From Octopus bimaculoides (taxonomy: Eukaryota), in assembly GCF_001194135.2 (NCBI RefSeq), contig NC_068988.1, positions 16,160,350 through 16,224,349 of the forward strand: a stretch of 64,000 nucleotides of DNA, in the 5' to 3' direction. Under the pieces are notes generated by a model, which ran no database searches, was not told where the DNA came from, and saw only the letters and a program-made list of their open reading frames with translations. A program made the position numbers and the translations under genes. Below, piece by piece: positions 62,406 to 64,000 of this stretch. Position 1 is the stretch's first letter. Every line of letters starts with the position of its first letter.

Positions 62406-63844
62406 CCGATCAATGAACGAACATATAATGACTGTCGAAAAGAATTGTAAAGCGAATTTACTACGATAAAGGAATATGTAATTACCTTTAGTTGTACCAT
62501 ATATACATTTACACATACATAAACACATACATACATACATACATACATACATACATGCATGCTTACATACACGCATGCATACATATATGCATACATACGT
62601 ACATTTATATATATATATTTTCATATCAATCGAAGTGTGCAGCGTTCTATATCCATAACGCCCGATTTTACCAAACGGTTTCGCACTAGGTTTTCAACGG
62701 AGTGTTACGTAACACTCCAATTATATAACTCTGCATTCTTCAGAGCTGGCATTTGTGGAATACACACGCGCTCGCACACGTGCACACGCACACACAGTCA
62801 GACACACTTACATATACTTACATATATATGCTAGGTACCCTATGCTAATCACAAAGACTACCACGTTAATGTGGGTGGTCAATGCACTTAATCCAGTGAT
62901 ATAAGTGTACATCTTATGCTGCACGGTTATATAATTTATTTTGTTTACCTCCCTGCGATTTACAAATCATTTCAACCCCAAAACATCGGTAGACAACACT
63001 ATTTCTATCTGTGTCACTGCAAGAGATAAGAGATAACGACAGGTGAGTCCATAATGATATACATGTATNNNNNNNNNNNNNNNNNNNNNNNNNNNNNNNN
63101 NNNNNNNNNNNNNNNNNNNNNNNNNNNNNNNNNNNNNNNNNNNNNNNNNNNNNNNNNNNNNNNNNNNNNNNNNNNNNNNNNNNNNNNNNNNNNNNNNNNN
63201 NNNNNNNNNNNNNNNNNNNNNNNNNNNNNNNNNNNNNNNNNTATATATATATATATTTATGTATATGTATGTATGTATATGTATATATATATATATATGT
63301 ATATACGTAAGCACATATCTATATACATACACACAGTCCCATAAACACACACACATATTTTTTAATAGACTTGACGTTCCTATGGACATATCAGAATTGC
63401 AAAGGTTACAAACAGTCCAGCTTGCAATGTTTTAGTATTCTGGTCAGGCTTTGAACCGTTATTTAGCTTGATACCTTCTGAAATTTTCATGGTTACAGAT
63501 AAAGTCATTTTGATCCGTAAATTTCTCGGCCTTATAATACTTCGAGCAAAAAGAGAGAGTTGTGCACGTAGACTATGCTTTTTTTGTTTTGTTTCCTCAT
63601 TTCTTCTCAAGGCTTCCCATATAAGTGAATAGAAGTTGTAGAAGCTAATCTCAAGCTAGAGATGTGTTCCGAATGTTCGAAAAACTCTGAACCCCGCAAA
63701 ACCATACAAAAACCACGACTGATTACATATAGCATTCCAGAAAAATATGAACTCAGAAAAAAGGTAAAATATGCCACGAGACAGCACAAAAGTTTGCCAA
63801 ATTAACGTGCAAGATTTCTACGTTATATTTTTTCTCATATTGTA

Positions 63845-63965
63845 ACAAGGTCTCAAATTTGTTGAAGAGGGCTAGTCGATGTCATCAACCCCAGTACTTG
63901 ATATGAAATTTATATAAATGACCACGACAGAGATGAAAAAAAAGTCCATGCTGGTAGAGTATAAA
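63845..63965 (-). mobile_element. Degenerate 3' half of a family A SINE
   Basis: acaaggtctcaaattt...ctagtcgatgtcatcaaccccagtacttg. Confidence 0.55.
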
Positions 63966-64000
63966 ACCAGAGAGTATTGTGGGGATAATAGTAATAATGG

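Overview
AT-rich eukaryotic, non-genic-looking 64 kb window dominated by microsatellites, 15 assembly gaps (mostly flanked by (AT)n) and decayed transposable elements. The SINE families and repeat landscape look like an Octopus (cephalopod) genome; that is an inference from pattern recall, not a search. No intact protein-coding gene, functional tRNA/rRNA gene or CRISPR array could be supported, and nearly all ORFs in the supplied track are microsatellite or gap artefacts. Recognisable content: a decayed Chapaev3-like (CMC, Transib/RAG1-related fold) transposon; three Tc1/mariner relics (DD37D maT-like, DD41D rosa-like, approx. DD36E Tc1-like); one mariner-type MITE and two further hairpin MITE-like elements; one L1/Tx1-clade LINE; four R4/Dong-clade RLE LINE relics; a short RTE-like end; more than 20 tRNA-derived SINE copies from about five families, two with clear target-site duplications. 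The most unusual observations are a ~100 bp 28S rRNA fragment fused to a head-truncated SINE directly upstream of the Tx1 LINE, a tandem SINE array made by unit duplication, a diverged ~1.25 kb inverted duplication at 8.9-10.15 kb, a scrambled DD41D element carrying a 48 bp sequence also found 1.47 kb away, and a degenerate Penelope-type hammerhead relic.
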